Origin: Spironucleus salmonicida
Taxonomy: Eukaryota
Assembly (NCBI RefSeq): GCF_000497125.1
Contig: NC_090601.1
Coordinates: 620,001 to 684,000, forward strand
Reading direction: 5' to 3'
DNA length: 64,000 nt
Shown: in pieces, positions 27,682-42,476 of the stretch
Numbering within the stretch: the stretch's first letter is position 1
Layout: each line of letters opens with the position of its first letter
Made by a program: the position numbers and the translations under genes
The notes under the pieces: model-generated
Told to the model about the DNA's origin: nothing
The model's database searches: none
What the model saw: the letters and a program-made list of their open reading frames with translations, nothing else

Positions 27682-29730
27682 TAATAAGTAACTTTAATTT
27701 ATTATAATAATGTATAATAATAATTTAGTTTTAAAATGCGTTCGATCTAATTTATAAGTAATATTAAAGTGTGCTGATGACTAATCGATAATATTTTGAA
27801 TATAGTAATTATTGGGTGGTTATTTATTAATATCTAATTATTATTAGGGCATAGTTAATTATCTGCAATTAATTAACTCTGAAATAATTAATTATTATAT
27901 AATTCAAATAATATTAAACTTATTCTACTTTCAATATCTATTGTATACAATTTATTCTTGTTATCTTCGATCTGAATACATATTTCATTTCCTAGGTAAG
28001 GGCTAATCTACACTCAACGATATAATATTACCATACCTTATACTCATTAAACTTTAATTAATGTGTAAAATAATCTTAACTTTTACGCATACCTTATGTC
28101 ATTCACACTAGACAGTCATAGATGTCCTTTAAGTTAAAAGTAAATAACATATCAATTATAAATAAAATAGGTTAAATTACTTCTAAAATCAGGATAATTT
28201 ATGTAAAATATTTAATATCAATATTATGTAACAATATTTTAGATACAATTGTAATAAAAAATAGATTTTTTATTGACAAATTCTAAATCACACTATTATA
28301 TTTCAAATTATAGGAATATAAAGGCATCTGTATTAAATTTAACATGAAATTTATGCTCATTTTGGAATATTACATAACTAAATTTTAATAATATCAACTA
28401 AAGGCATTTTAATAACTAAATAAACTGTCAACTATCACTAAATGGTCATTAATAAATTTATACTATAAGTAGACAATTTCTATTATTCTTTAAATTAATC
28501 TCATTCTATTAATTTTACCATAACTATCTAATATTATTATGAACATATTACATCAGTTATGTTCAAACATCTAGATTATTGTAGATTTACTTTATCAAAC
28601 ATATCTAAGTTATTGTATTTGATTTTTTTTTGTAATTAGTATCTTGCCTAACTGTTAATTTTCATTCATTAAATATATTTTAACAAGTAAGAAGTATTTA
28701 ATAATAATTAGTCAAATTTATTGTACACTATATGATATTAAAGTACATAAATTACATTTCAGGACCTTAATTACATTCAAACTAATTTATATGTTATAAT
28801 TTATCTGACACCAAATAATAAAAAAAATTATTCCATACTAGGTTGTATCAATTTATCTAAATAATATTCAATTAAAGAAAATAATTTATATATCATTAGT
28901 TACAAAAAAAAGTATCAAACTGAATTAATTAGTTAGTTAAGGATCTAAATAATTATTAATTGAAGAATTATTATAATTGGAAATTAAAACGTTGAAATAC
29001 ATATAGAAATTGAAATGAAATTGATAGTTAAGACGATAATAAAAAGTTAAATATAATAACTCATCAAAATGTAATATATATCAAATTGTGATGATAAAGT
29101 TGTTGTGATTTAATAATAGAGTTTAGGAATGCAAAATTTTCAATTTTTTAAAGGCTATATAATGCTAAAACTTAACTCTAAAGTTTATAGGATTATGAAT
29201 CCTTTGTGCAGAGAAAACATATAAACCTTATTTTGTATCTACTCATTTTCAAGTATACATTTAATAATTGTGTAATGAGTTGATTTCAAATAGTATAATA
29301 ATGAGTAAATATGGTTTGAAAGATACAGTAAGTTTATTTGTAAGAATAATCCAAATTTATTTATCTATGAAAAAATTGGTTTTATTATCAAAAAGATAGA
29401 TTATACAAAAATAAATAATATTAAAATAACTTTTTGTTAAGTTAGCATGGTAATAATTGATCTAAGATTTACTAGTTATTATTATCATTTATAAGTTCTT
29501 GTTTTATTGTTATGTAATATCAGAGTCAAATTTATCAGTATTTTATTTCTATTTACACTAATTTATATCAAGAATCACAATATACCAAAGCTTTATTTCT
29601 TTCTTGTAGAAAACACTATTGATAAGAATCAATTGATATAAAAGCAAATATGATAGTATTAAAAAATGTTTTAGTTTTAATTAATGTGATATTGTATTAA
29701 ATATAAAAAATAAGTCAATAAGAGGAAACA

Positions 29731-29988
29731 TCAGATCATACTTATAACTCGAATAATTTAATCTATTATCGTATCATCATTATTTTTCCAATATGGCTTG
29801 TTTTATCCAATCTTATTCAATTTCGATTTAATATTATTGTATTATCTTTTAAGTTAACGTTCATTCCCATATTTAACGCGCTATGCTACTTATTTCCAGC
29901 TTATTCTTCCATTACTACAAGTAGCTCTTTTTACTTCGTACATCATTTCTTTAACCTCAATATTACTCCATTAATGATACTTGTTCAT
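29731..29988 (-). CDS. Myb-like domain protein, 85 aa
   Basis: MNKYHQWSNIEVKEMMYEVKRATCSNGRISWKQVAQRVKYGNERQLKRQYNNI; same-length paralog at 56787-57044. Confidence 0.8.
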
Positions 29989-30842
29989 TATAAATTTTAT
30001 TAAAATGATAATAAAATCATTTAGTTTATAATTATTTTATTATAGTAATATGATTTATTTTAATATGAAGAGATTAATAATTTAATATTTTATATATTAT
30101 GATAATTTATTAATTATGGTTTGTATAGTTTTATTTTCTTCTCATTTTATTAAATATCAAAGATAAAGAAATGCAAATATTGTAAACCTCAATAATGTTT
30201 TTCAATATCATATAAAAATAATCAAAATAATTAAAAACAAACAAATAAGTTTACTCTATCATATTGATTACGGTATATAATTTTTCAATACAGCGAGTAT
30301 CTGAAAATATATATTATATTTTTATCATTTCTAAGTAAAATTCACTGATAAAGTTACATTAGTTTTTAGGATATTAAATTTAAATATGATGGTTATATAA
30401 TATTGCTAACCAATTTATGATTATCAGATTGTTAATCATAAAAAATTGTATAAGATATCATTAATTCAAAATATAATAAAGATAGTGTAATATTATAGTT
30501 CATTGATAAATATCTACATAATCTTACAATATTTTAAGGTTATTATCACTTGACTATCAAATCTAATTGCACAGCTCCAAGACTTAATATTTAACTCCTA
30601 TATTTATTAGTTTATATTATATTTTACAGAATTTTGTTATTGATAGAATAGTCTATAATCTCATATTTCTGAACATTCAATCATTACAATACACTAATTA
30701 AAGTTCTTTATCTCAATAAACGTTAAAAATATATAATTTCCATAGCAAATCTTTAAATTTAACCAAAATTCTTCCAATCACCATGTTTAAAAAATAAAAT
30801 TATGAATTTAGCTTAACTTCATTTATTATTCATTCAGCAGCA

Positions 30843-31187
30843 TCAGTCCACTTTTGCATAAATGATAACTGACGGATCTCCCCATTCGAAAATGCTCATC
30901 CAGTTTTTGTTTATGTAGTATCTCATAGCTAAATCAACATACGTAAACGGTGCTGGGCACGCAATTTTGCTTATGATTTGGTTCCTACTTGAGCTATATT
31001 CTGCACCAGTCGCGTTGCCTACGTTTTCTTCCAACTGCTCACGTCCTTATGCCCCGCGCAAAGCCCATTATTATTTCAAAAGCGCTATCTACGCAGCCTG
31101 CTGGTCAGCTCTGAACTACAGTTCTGCACACTCTTACACTGCCAGCCGGAGTGTGCCCAGCAATTCTTAATTTAGCAACTCGTTCAT
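30843..31187 (-). CDS. Hypothetical protein, 114 aa; paralog of 50601-50963
   Basis: MNELLNQELLGTLRLAVQECAELQ...PAPFTYVDLAMRYYINKNWMSIFEWGDPSVIIY aligns with the paralog at both ends. Confidence 0.75.
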
Positions 31188-32454
31188 TCTGCTTTATATA
31201 TATATATTATTATATACTAAATAGTAGAATAATTTCGATCTTTAGTTTCTGCAAAATACTAATTCGAGCGGTCCCAACTGCGCGTATTTGCTGATTCAGA
31301 CGCGCCCGGCATTTTCCTCCGATCGAATTCCGCGATTTCCAGCCACTCGAAAGCGAGCGATTCCGGCGCGTTCCGACTCGCTCGACCCGCTTCGTCTCAA
31401 GGCATCAGAAAGCTCCCGTAGGCCATTATATCACTACGCTCCAATTCGCTCAGCAGGAGGCATAAATTCGACGCAATTCGGCAAATGACGTTCCCGTGGA
31501 AGCGCTATGTGCGGTAATGCCGCCGTTATGATTTTCGGTATGTGATATAACGAATGGGCAGCGGCCAGTTCGAAAGTTGATGCAAATGCAATTGTTGCTG
31601 CAAGCGCGAACTGCGCCGATTGCGAGGTTTCCAGGCGCTGCAAATGTGGCGTATGGTGTATAATAATGATTTAAAGGCTGTTTGTAGCAGATAATTATTT
31701 CTCGTATTTGGCCGATTGCAGCGTAAAAGGCTCGTGTTTTAGCTAATGTTGGTGGTATTTATTGCTTAGTTACGTGCTAGCGTTCGCTACTTGTTTGTGT
31801 AGGGCATTTAGATGGTAGGGAAAGCTTTTTCAGATATAGATTGTGTTTTAGTCATATATATGATTGGATTTGCAGTATTTTTCTAGTTTGTACAGCAATG
31901 GGTTTGAATTGTAATTAGTAAAAATTGATATCGCAGTTATCTGGCAAATTTGTGTTGGCGCTACAAAGATAAGTTAAAGTGCTAAATATTTTATAATAAT
32001 AATTATTATGTTGTTATATTTATAATTCAATCAAGTTGTAAATAGCAATTCAGTAAATTAGATTATTAATTTTTTACTTAATGAGGTAGTAATATCACAC
32101 AATAATAGTAGTATTTGCATTTAAATTTGAGGATAATCATCACATTTATGTATAGAAATTATTACTCTAATTTTTATTTACCGTTATAAATGTAATATTT
32201 ATAAAATACTAGCCTAAAACTTAATTAATAACAAATAATAATGATATTCAATTAGATTTGATATCTTTATGCAGTTGGCAATAATGTTATCATAAATTGA
32301 GTATAAACGAACCAATCTACATTATTGCGTGTTGACAACACATCTTAATATTTATTGCTTTTAGCGTTAAAGCTTTATAATTTATAAAAATCTATACATT
32401 GAAATACTAATTTCTCGTAAAAATAAATAAATCCAATAAATACATAGTTAAGTA

Positions 32455-33483
32455 TCACTTTTTGCTCTTCTTGATGAAGTAGTAGGCAAGGCCACCACCA
32501 ACGGCGCCGACGACCACCAAGACTGCGATTACGATGCCGGTGATTGCACCACCAGAGAGCTTGTTGGCTGTAACTGTTTGGAAGCAGAACTCGCCAACCT
32601 TTTCGGAGCCCTTTTCGCACGTCTCGCACTTTGCTGCATCAAGCACATATCCCGGGAGGCAGGCACCGCACGTGGTTGGGTCTTTTGCTGTACATTTAGT
32701 CGCTGCAAAGTCGTAATTGGCGGTATCGACACAGCCGGTGCATGCATCAGGGGTTCCAGCTATACAGGTGCACAGTTTGTCTGTACATTTGTTGGCGTCT
32801 GGGGTAGGAACGGGTGGGGCAGTGCAGGTACGGCAGTTCTTACTAGTGGCTCCACAGCTACACGCGGTCGTCTGAGCAGTATTTCCACATTCAACTGCAG
32901 CATCATTTACACACGCCTAGTTTACTTTCAATCCGGCGCACGCAGCCATACAGATCTAGTCGGTTGACATCTCGTTACCAACTACGCACGTAGTGCATTT
33001 CGCCAAGCTGGTGCAGGTCAAACACTTGGTATCGCAGTTTTAGCATTTGTTGCCGGTTGGGAGAATGTCGCAAAACTTAGCCCCAGTGCATGGAGTCTTT
33101 TCATCGCACTCATTCTTATCACATTTCGCGTTCTTTAAGAAAAAGTCGGCATTGCATTCCGTACACGTATCAGCTGCAGTACACGTCTTGCAGTTTTCAG
33201 GACAGGCAGTGCACGTGTTGGCGCTAAGCATAAAGCCGTCGTTGCAAACTGTACACGTATCAGCCGCAGTACAGGTTTTACAACCTGCTGAACATGCAGT
33301 GCAGGCATTAGCCGCAAGAATGAAGCTGGGCTTGCAGGCTGTGCAGGTTCCAAGCGTGGTGGGTGCGCAGGTAATGCAATCCGCAACGGTGCACTTGAGG
33401 CAGGTCTGAGCAACAGAAGTCGCCTCGGTGGGGCATACAAATCCGGCAGGGCAAGCTACTTCAGTTGTACAAGTATCGGCCAT
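32455..33483 (-). CDS. Cysteine-rich membrane protein (CRMP1/VSP-like), 342 aa
   Basis: [18 protein letters not shown]..., CxxC repeats, internal TAA/TAG=Gln, transmembrane helix plus IKKSKK. Confidence 0.95.
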
Positions 33484-33860
33484 TTTGAGGGAGCGTGAAT
33501 TCGGATCTTTAGAAGCCAAATTTAGCAACCACTCCAATACCGAGAATATACTGAGTTAGTGGTACAGGTTCAAAGATCGGAATGGCTAATAATTCCCGCA
33601 ATATTGTAATATACAAATATTAAAAAAGGAAAGATTTCTTTACTCACTAAATGTTATATTATCAGTATTTATTGAAACTGTTTTTGTCATACGATATTTT
33701 GGTGTTCGGAGCGAAATGCGCCAGGAGGCATACCTTGCTCATTCTACCAAAACTTATTTTTACACGCTATCGAGTTAGGTATATCTATATTATTAATTAA
33801 CAAGAGTTTCTGTTTCTTATTGTATTAAATATCGGTACAGTAGAGTATAATTTCACCGTA
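32455..33860. repeat. CRMP gene plus ~380-bp upstream region, duplicated in inverted orientation at ~58210-59616
   Basis: Upstream (acggtgaaattatactctact...) and 5' coding sequence are near-identical; 3' coding parts diverge. Confidence 0.9.
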
Positions 33861-35737
33861 TTATAACTGCAATGAAGATTAATTATCGCGGATAAAAATT
33901 TATCAGCTTCGTATTATTCTATTATTTTATCATAATTAACAGATGTTTAGTTTTTTAATTTTAATTTAGGAATTCTACATTAATGATGATAATATTTATT
34001 AATAATAGTAGTAAAATATTAATTAATTATAATTATCATATTATTATAATAGCTTTGAATTTTTTAATTTATAACAACTATTTTATATTACAACAAAATA
34101 TAATTTGAATTCCTTAGTCAAATAAATCGTAGAAATCATAAATTTAAGATAATTCATGTGGTTAATAAACAATATTGTTTTCTTAAATACACTATTTATT
34201 ACTGAATAATTATAATTTTATGTGATACAAAAATATTCTTAAAAAATTAAAAATAGAATTATGTAATTGTAAACTAAGTGATAATACTCGTAGGTTTTCT
34301 AGGTATATAGTAACAAAAGCTTTTTATAAGTAAATAACTTGTTAAAGCCAAACTAAAAGCGATAAGATAATAAGTAATTTTATAGTCTTTAATTTAATAT
34401 ATTATTAAATATCCCAACGTTCATGACCTGTGACCATACTAACTGATAATATTTTATTATTTTAATTTCAAATTTTATAAGAGGAAAATAATTTTAATGG
34501 ATTTCATTATAATTATTTAAATATTTAGATCACAAAAATTATTCTAAGATATTAAATTTTAATTGCAATCATTTTTATATACATAAGTCTTAACATTTTG
34601 ATTTTGAATAAATTCCATTTATTTTGATAAAAATAACTATAGATTCAAAATAAGTTTATTATATAAGTAGATAAATAAATCTAGTTGCTGAAAATGATTT
34701 TTATGCGTATATTTACATTTATAATTGTATAAAACTAAGAAATTATTAAATAAAATCTTACAAAACTATGCGAATTTAAAAAAGTGTAAATTTGATTAAA
34801 TATGTGATAGACACTATGAAACACAATACTAACAAACATATCATTTAATATTTATAAAATTACTCTTAGTTATCTTAAAAATTATTAGTTATTATAATTG
34901 TTATAATTTTAAACTATTTCAATCTAATTTTTATTTACTGATTTCTGCAACATAATAAATTAATATTGAATAAAATTTAAAAATGATAATTATTAACACG
35001 CATCAATGCAAGATTGATATTTAGTGTCTCTTTAACAAATCAAACAATATTCTGTGTCCATAATATTAAGAAACAATAAAAACCAATAGGTTTGCTACAA
35101 ATTCTTTTTATACAATAAATATCATTATTGCTATACAAGAAACCAATCGGCCCCTAATATATCAAAAAAACTTAATAAACGAATAATTAATAATAACAAA
35201 ACTTTTTGTAAATTGCAATTAAACTTATGAGTAAGTAATAAATTTTGATAAAATTATTAATATGAAATGAATATTATTGTAATACTAAATAATTTTAACA
35301 AAAAAACATAATGCTAATAGAGTTATTTAAATATTCTATAGTAAACAAATCAATTAGAGACCAAAAACCTATCATACTAATAAGTTAAAATACTAAATTT
35401 ACAGCAATAACAAAGAAATACCTAATTATGACTACAAATGGAAATTCTAGATCAAATAATGTCATTTACATAATATCGAAGCAAAGCTAAACATCCCATT
35501 TATCTGAAATTCTAATACATGTAAAATACAATTCTAACCTTAATCCATAACGCTTACAGCGAACTTACTACAACTATTCATCACATACCATAAACCTACC
35601 CACAAAATTCTACAGTTCATTTTTGTTCGAAATATATTATTATATAATATTACCTATATTTATCTTAAAGAAAAACAAATTTTATAACTCTTTTTCCATC
35701 AATCACCCAATTATCGTAATAAACTGATTAGACATAA

Positions 35738-37276
35738 ATGTTCAGCATGCTTCTGGCTGCATACCTGCCGCTAATCCAGCTTGAAGACTGTTTCCTGCCA
35801 ACGCAACTCATCGTGAACCCATCCGCTCGCACAATTATCGTGAACCTGAAGCCCCAAGCCTCCAATCTCGCGTGCAGCGTCATCGAAAAAGGCGTGCAGT
35901 TCGATCTGATTCTGAAGACTGCAACGGCTGAATACAAGCCTGTTTTCAGCCGCACGAAAACGTTCCAGTTCGGCGAAACTAATATTTTCGAGTTTTCGTC
36001 AACGGAGAGACTCGAACCCGTGACCATTGCGATTTTAACTTTGAATTCAATGACGCACTTCACCAAAGTACAAATCGGTAGTATCTAATAAGACACTTCA
36101 GTCCCAAATAACTGTTTCGACAACGTTTTGCTCAACTTAACAGAACACGTTGTACTGGTTATGCGGCCTACTGGTGTCTGCAACTTTTTGAGCAAGGGGA
36201 CAGTTACCGAAGTCCAGGTGCCATAGCTGCATTTAAGGAAGCACAGAGACAGCACGAACGGGTCGGTATTTCTAGCTGGGTTTTCGGACATCACTGGGGA
36301 GATCTAGGTAGAATTCGAAGATAAAATCAATTTTCATGAGATCAAGGATGGTCTGAGTCCAATTACGTAGGCTCATCTGCAGATTGAAATAAAAGATGTC
36401 GAATATGTAGTTAAGGATGTTGTAGACTAGATCGTTGGGTCGAAATTTGGATAATTTGGAACTAATTTCACCGCAATCACTGATGGCGATACCGTTTTGA
36501 TATTTTTTGCGCCTATATATAGCGTAATAGATTAAATTCGCGCATTATAGCTAACAAATTTTGTTATCTAGTTAGAATTGATTAAAAATCATACTCATGG
36601 TTAAATGATCGTTTCCTATAATAATATTGACCAATTTTTGGATTAAATGGTGTTTCACTGCTCTGATTCATGTTACGAAGATTTAGGCTCATTTGACAAT
36701 ATTTAAATAAATATAATCGGAATAAAAAACTCTTAAATTCATATTTTTTCTAACAATACTGTTGAATCTTTTAGATTATCAATTTTCCATACAGGTTAAA
36801 TTAGATTTATGGGTAGGTACCTGCAATTAATTATGGATTAATATAGACCAACTGAATATTCAACATTTACAGGACAAGAGATAGTAACAATTTCTATAAC
36901 AATGGATGTGGTTGGATAAGAGAAAGTGTCGTTTTAAACTCCTGATATTATGCTATCTCCAATAATCTAATATGTTAATCTTCCATGTATAGACTAACCT
37001 TGTTTTCAAATTAGAAACTAAATGATCAAAGAATTACCAAAGTCTATTACAGTAAAATTCTTTAGAAATGGTTAAACTGTCCCTTTTGATATGATGGTTT
37101 TAAGATATTCATCATAAATGGAGATCGATTATGTTAATTTTATAACAATTATTTCCATATAGGTGAATGTAGCTATTATTTGTGCTTCGATTTAGTTATA
37201 TATTGATATAAAATGTAAAAAGGCAAGTAGAAAATAAAGAATAATGAAAAAACCTGAAATAGATGATGTTATGTGA
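35738..37276 (+). CDS. Type-I membrane protein of unknown function, 512 aa
   Basis: Frame checked codon by codon, no TGA until 37274. Hydrophobic N-terminus, C-terminal FITIISIQVNVAIICASIQLYI helix and basic tail. Confidence 0.85.
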
Positions 37277-39315
37277 TCTATAAAGTTTATATATTAATCG
37301 TTAATACATTATTTTTATATGGATATTGTTCTAAATAGTATATATGAACTCTATTTTAGATATGAATTGAAGATAGTTTATATAATTAATTAAAATAACG
37401 AGGAATACTAATGTAAACTCTACATACAACGAGTTTACATTTGAATTATTATTAAAATCTTTATGAGTATACTAATATCAGAATCTGAATAGTTGTAATT
37501 TACTTTACAAAAGTATGTTTTATTCATAAATATTTTTATTAAGTAGTTTAATTTAATATGCACATACACCCAAAATTCTTCAAATTATCTTGACCAAGTT
37601 TATAATTTTATAAACCTATAAGAATATAATGTGGTATCAAATATTTTTATTTTAATAAAAATAAGTAAGTCCCTGTATAACGCATTCTTATAGAGGCTAA
37701 TACCAGTTATAATATATTTAAAAATGATGTTTAGCTTGAATTGAGTATATAAACTACATTAACTGCTATATTGGATTTAATAAATGCAGGATAAAAGATT
37801 TTATTTATTGATAAATAAACGAATTTTAAGTTTTTTAAATTAAAATATTTTAAAAGTACAATTATTATAGTTAAGGTTGAGTTTAATTAATGATATTACC
37901 AAAATTGTTATTGGAAGTGTATCAATGAATGTATCAGCTTCAAGCAATTCTTTCAAACCTGCAGTACTATAGTTTAATGATAATATGATAGTTTATATAG
38001 TATCTAATGGATTTTTGATTATATTACCTCTGGGAATGTGAAGAGATTCTAAGTTTTATCATATTAGCTAGTGAACGAAGTACATATAAAAAATAATTCC
38101 GTAATTTAAAAAATGATTAGAATAAAGGTATTAAAAGAATTTAATTGTAGGAACTAATTCTTTTCTCACTAATTAAATAAGGATTATACGCAAGTTTCTA
38201 ATCTCAAAAGGAGTTGTACATTGATGGTATTACATATTTAGCAAGTGAATAGATTGGATAAGTTATTGGCACTGATTTAGAAAAATGTTGACAATATGTT
38301 CTATCATAGTTAATTAAGATATAATTTCAATATTTTACTTAATTATTGATAATATCAAATTGGGTGTTTTAGATGACAGAATACACATAGCTTCCCTATA
38401 ATTTAGAGTTTTTTCTCATAATGAATGAACTTATAGAATAACTGAATTTATCAAGAAAGATATTTGCGATGAGAAGTAACATTTTAGAGTATATAACTTG
38501 TTAATATACTTAGGAAAATTAACTTATATAAAATTTAAAGTTTTAATAATAATCCGGAACACATTTTTAATTTTTATTTAATAAGAGTTTTTATTCGTTC
38601 CGTTTATCTTAATTAGAAACAGGAAGTATACATTTTATGAAAGATTCATTCAAATTATTTGCAAATAGAGAGAAAATATATCACAGTTTATTAATCATCA
38701 ATTTATGATACAGTAAAAATATCTTTAATAATAAATAACGAAAAAGTTCTTAGTTTAGTGTTAAACATAATAAACTAACCACAAAGTAATAATATATAAA
38801 TTTAACATGTTGTGTTGGCTAGTGTGTTTCTATAAGATAATTTATGTCTTAAAAAATACAGAATTAATTCAAATATAATTTCATTAAAGTGATGAAACAA
38901 CATCATTTGATGTTTTAAACATAATTTAGAGTTATGTTTATCTTGATAATATCAAACCCTAGTGCTTAGCATTGTTGGATAAAGTTTAATATTCTATGAT
39001 TGAGCTGTTATTAAAATATATACATATTATAATGCTTTTAGAGTTATGCGGATAGGAAGAATCATCAAAAACCTATATATGGATAACCTGATATGATTTA
39101 TAAGTAAAAGACTAGTCTTATCTCCCTATTATTAGTCATCTCTTAACTTAGATTAATTCAGAGTTGTGATAATAACAAAATTTTTTACTGTATATATTCA
39201 GTTGTATATCAACTTTTTAAAATCAACTATCTATTCCATAATTATGAAAAGTATACATATTCATAATATCATATCATATTATATAGTATACATATTACCA
39301 AATCTCCCTTCCTCA

Positions 39316-39912
39316 ATGCCAATCCCACAACCAGGATCGCCCGCACCCGACTTCAAGGTACAGGTTCTCACTCCTGACATGACCTTCGCTACCCGCCAGC
39401 TCTCTGACTACAAGGGTAAATACTTAGTTGTTATGTTCTATCCTATGGACTTCACCTTTGTCTGCCCTTCAGAGATCATCAAGTTCACTGAAGCTGCAGA
39501 ATCGCTCAGAAAGCACAATTGCGAGATCATCGTAGGTTCCTGCGATTCCCACTTCTCCCACTACGCCTGGTGCCTCCAGGACCGTAACGAGGGTGGAATC
39601 GGTGTCTGCAAGTGCGACCTCTTCGCGGACAAGTCCTGCACCATGGCAGAGGCATACGGTGTTCTCATCCCAGGGGCTGGGGTCCCTCTCAGAGGCAACT
39701 TTATCATTTCCGATAAAGGCATCATCCGCTCAGTTACTGTGAACGACCTCCCAGTTGGCAGATCCGTCGAAGAATGTGTCAGAGTGGTCAAGGCCTTCCA
39801 GCATGCCGACAAGACCGGCTGTGATATCCCTTGCGGCTGGACTCCCGAGAACAACGAGACTATCACCCCCACTATCGCTGGAATGAAGGAGTACTTCAAG
39901 AAAAACTATTGA
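39316..39912 (+). CDS. Typical 2-Cys peroxiredoxin (Prx1/AhpC-TSA), 198 aa
   Basis: MPIPQPGSPAPDF...FYPMDFTFVCPSEII...GGIG...LRGNFII...NDLPVGRSVEE...IPCGW. C-rich motif ctcccttcctca directly before the ATG. Confidence 0.97.
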   Translation: MPIPQPGSPAPDFKVQVLTPDMTFATRQLSDYKGKYLVVMFYPMDFTFVCPSEIIKFTEAAESLRKHNCEIIVGSCDSHFSHYAWCLQDRNEGGIGVCKCDLFADKSCTMAEAYGVLIPGAGVPLRGNFIISDKGIIRSVTVNDLPVGRSVEECVRVVKAFQHADKTGCDIPCGWTPENNETITPTIAGMKEYFKKNY

Positions 39913-40093
39913 GTGATATTCTTTCCGCTTCAAAATGCCGTATCAAGTGAGACCACTATCACAGTAGCAGCTTGCCTATTTCGCAATGAACCGAACTCAG
40001 TAACAGCCGTGCGCATACGAAGAAGCGATCCAGGATATTTGCAGCCAGCCACTTCCATAGCAACCCGCCGACTTCATTCCACAAATTAGGAAA

Positions 40094-40414
40094 ATGCATC
40101 AGGTCCTGGCATCACAGCGGTACAAAATGCACCACACCCCTGCGATGATGGGCGCGGTGGTGGCTAGGACGGTCGAGATGCTGTGCCGCTACCAGCCCCA
40201 CTTCACGGTCAGGGCGAACAGGATTGTGCCGTTCCGGGACGGAGAAGCGGGGTTTCAGCCGCTGCTGGACTGGGCCTTCCACGCACAGGGGCTGGTAGAG
40301 ATGGTGCGCCGGATGCGGTACGACAGCAGGGGCCGGACGGTGCTGAAGCACGTCGACTGGTTCGAGCGCAGCGTGCGGCCGCTCGGGTTCGAGTTCCCCC
40401 GCTGCGGCGGCTGA
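40094..40414 (+). CDS. Hypothetical protein, 106 aa
   Basis: GC3-rich ORF with aaaATG start and TGAGTGA end. Differences with the second copy (60472-60741) are mostly silent. Confidence 0.6.
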   Translation: MHQVLASQRYKMHHTPAMMGAVVARTVEMLCRYQPHFTVRANRIVPFRDGEAGFQPLLDWAFHAQGLVEMVRRMRYDSRGRTVLKHVDWFERSVRPLGFEFPRCGG

Positions 40415-41106
40415 GTGAGGAGCAGAGTCACTGGCAACGGCGCGCGCATAAGCATTTCCACGTGTTCAAAACGCTTACTAGCAGCATTTGCATCAGCATA
40501 GCTCACTATCTTCCGCCATAGAAATGAAACTCAGGAGGCTCATCTGCTCTAGCTATGAGTCTTCCTATAGAATAGAGCATCCGAATGTTTGATTCTTATT
40601 GAGCAGTTACAGCTTATCCGTGACATTAGGTGCAGGGTGGGTTGGTTACTGTGCGACCTAGACTATATGAGACCATCCGAGGCCCATTTCTAATTTTTAA
40701 TTTTTTCAATTATTACTAGTATCTTTCAATATATATACTTTTTAATATTTAAACTGTATCGAACCTGCACTTAAGTATACGACATAGTAGCAAATTAGCG
40801 AGCCAATGTGATGCATATTTTATAGCGAGATTAGTTTAAATTTTAATTAATACCGTATTGCAACCTCGTATTAAACATATATGCACTGTTTTACTACATG
40901 TACTGTTGCTAGAAATTTACTATGGCGAACTCTTACGTTGGCCATCATGCACGTGAGTAGTTTGAAAATACCCACCTAAGAATACGAGTGCGGCTGCACA
41001 AGACTATTGCTTTGTTCCGGATCACAGATATTCCAGTATTATGCTGTAATCCCATAGTAAGGGTATACGGCTAACAACTTTCCCAATTCCCGCTAGCACC
41101 CCAATA

Positions 41107-41229
41107 ATGCCAAAGCAGTTTTCGGAGATTCCCGCTGTAAACCTTTCAGCCCGTCTACGCACCGCTGCACTTCTGAGAGATAGCAATGGGTGCTGGCACC
41201 TGGAGGTCCTTGACCAGGGGTTTAAGTGA
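41107..41229 (+). CDS. Candidate 40-aa small ORF (MPKQFSEIPAVNLSARLRTAALLRDSNGCWHLEVLDQGFK)
   Basis: C-rich upstream tract (ttcccaattcccgctagcacccc), ends AAG TGA, frame preserved at 61428-61550. Confidence 0.4.
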   Translation: MPKQFSEIPAVNLSARLRTAALLRDSNGCWHLEVLDQGFK

Positions 41230-42476
41230 ACGGGCAGCTGACTAATGGGTCAAACAAGAGCGGTTGCATACGCGCAGTAAGGTACTATTATCTCACCGCC
41301 TCGACCTTGCAAGGGGCAGCTAGGCGCGCAGTCAAACACTGCATCCCGGCAGGCCCATGGACGCTCGCCTAGCTCAGCATGCCCGTTATGGGCTGTGCTA
41401 TTTTGTTGCTTCGCCCTAGTAAAGCGCTGCTGACGACTTATGCTATGAGGTCATCCCATAAGGCAGCCTTTCGCGGTCAGAGACCTCACTGGTAGCAGTT
41501 GGAACTGGGCAATGCGCAGTCGGGCCATGCTAGGGATGGGAGCCAGCGACTGGACAGCGAAAAGTACTTCTGGGCGTTGCAAAAGAATGAATATGCTTCT
41601 GGAACTGGGCTGCAGTTAGAATATCCCCAACTTCAGTACTCTCCCGCAGCATCTCCAGACTATCATCCCGCACCAACCATGGTCTTCTAAAGACAGATAG
41701 CAAAATCCTAGATCGCAGGTTTGGCTCTCTCGTGCTGGACAGTTCCTGGGCAAGGGAGCTTCGCAGCTGTCCCGCCTTGATGCCGATATACGGTATTGCC
41801 TCGGGCTGGTTTACAGTAGCCTGCTGAAGGACTGCACGCGGCGTCCTCTTCGAGCCATGGGGGTGGGGAGGAAGCTAGGGGAGTACGGTCGCGCCCTATT
41901 ACTAAAGATAGCCAGGTGTCATGCTGCCAGCCCGGCCAGTGCAAGTGGCCGCCCTCTCACGCATCGCCAAAACTCAGCTCTTCGTCGTCCTCCTCGGAGT
42001 CGGACGCGCGCGCGAAGTCACTGGCGGCCGACGTGTTTTCGAGGGCGCTTCCGAAGAGCGCGGGGGGCATTGTGGAGTGGGCAGAAACTTCGGCTAGGGT
42101 GGACGAGGGCGAGGGCGCAGAGAAACTGGAGGACGAAGTGCGTATTGCGTGGCATGGGATGCTACCCGGACAGCTAAACGCACGGCACGGTGTGGCGGCC
42201 ACGAAAGTGCCTGACGCAGACTAAGCAATCGTTGTATTTAATTCCGTAAAGTGGAAATGGTATATTACCTTGGCCGGACGATCCACGCCGATTTGAAAAA
42301 CTCAAAATCTATTTCCACCTAGGGCACTGGCAGGCCGGTCTGGCTAGAAAACAGTCACCTCACTCGCGCATCCAGCTCCGTGGCGAGCCAGCTGGCGGCA
42401 CGATAGAATGGTACCCGCACCAGCACAGAGGCTCGGCCGAGATGAAGTGCCATGTCCAGCGCGCAGGCCACCCGGC

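Noticed and set aside
31250-31810. GC-richer segment with C-rich motif and ATG near 31807 on the minus strand
   Set aside because: Could not choose a convincing frame; possible gene or remnant.
37700-38700. Coding-like AT-rich stretch
   Set aside because: Frames broken by TGA and no motif recognised.
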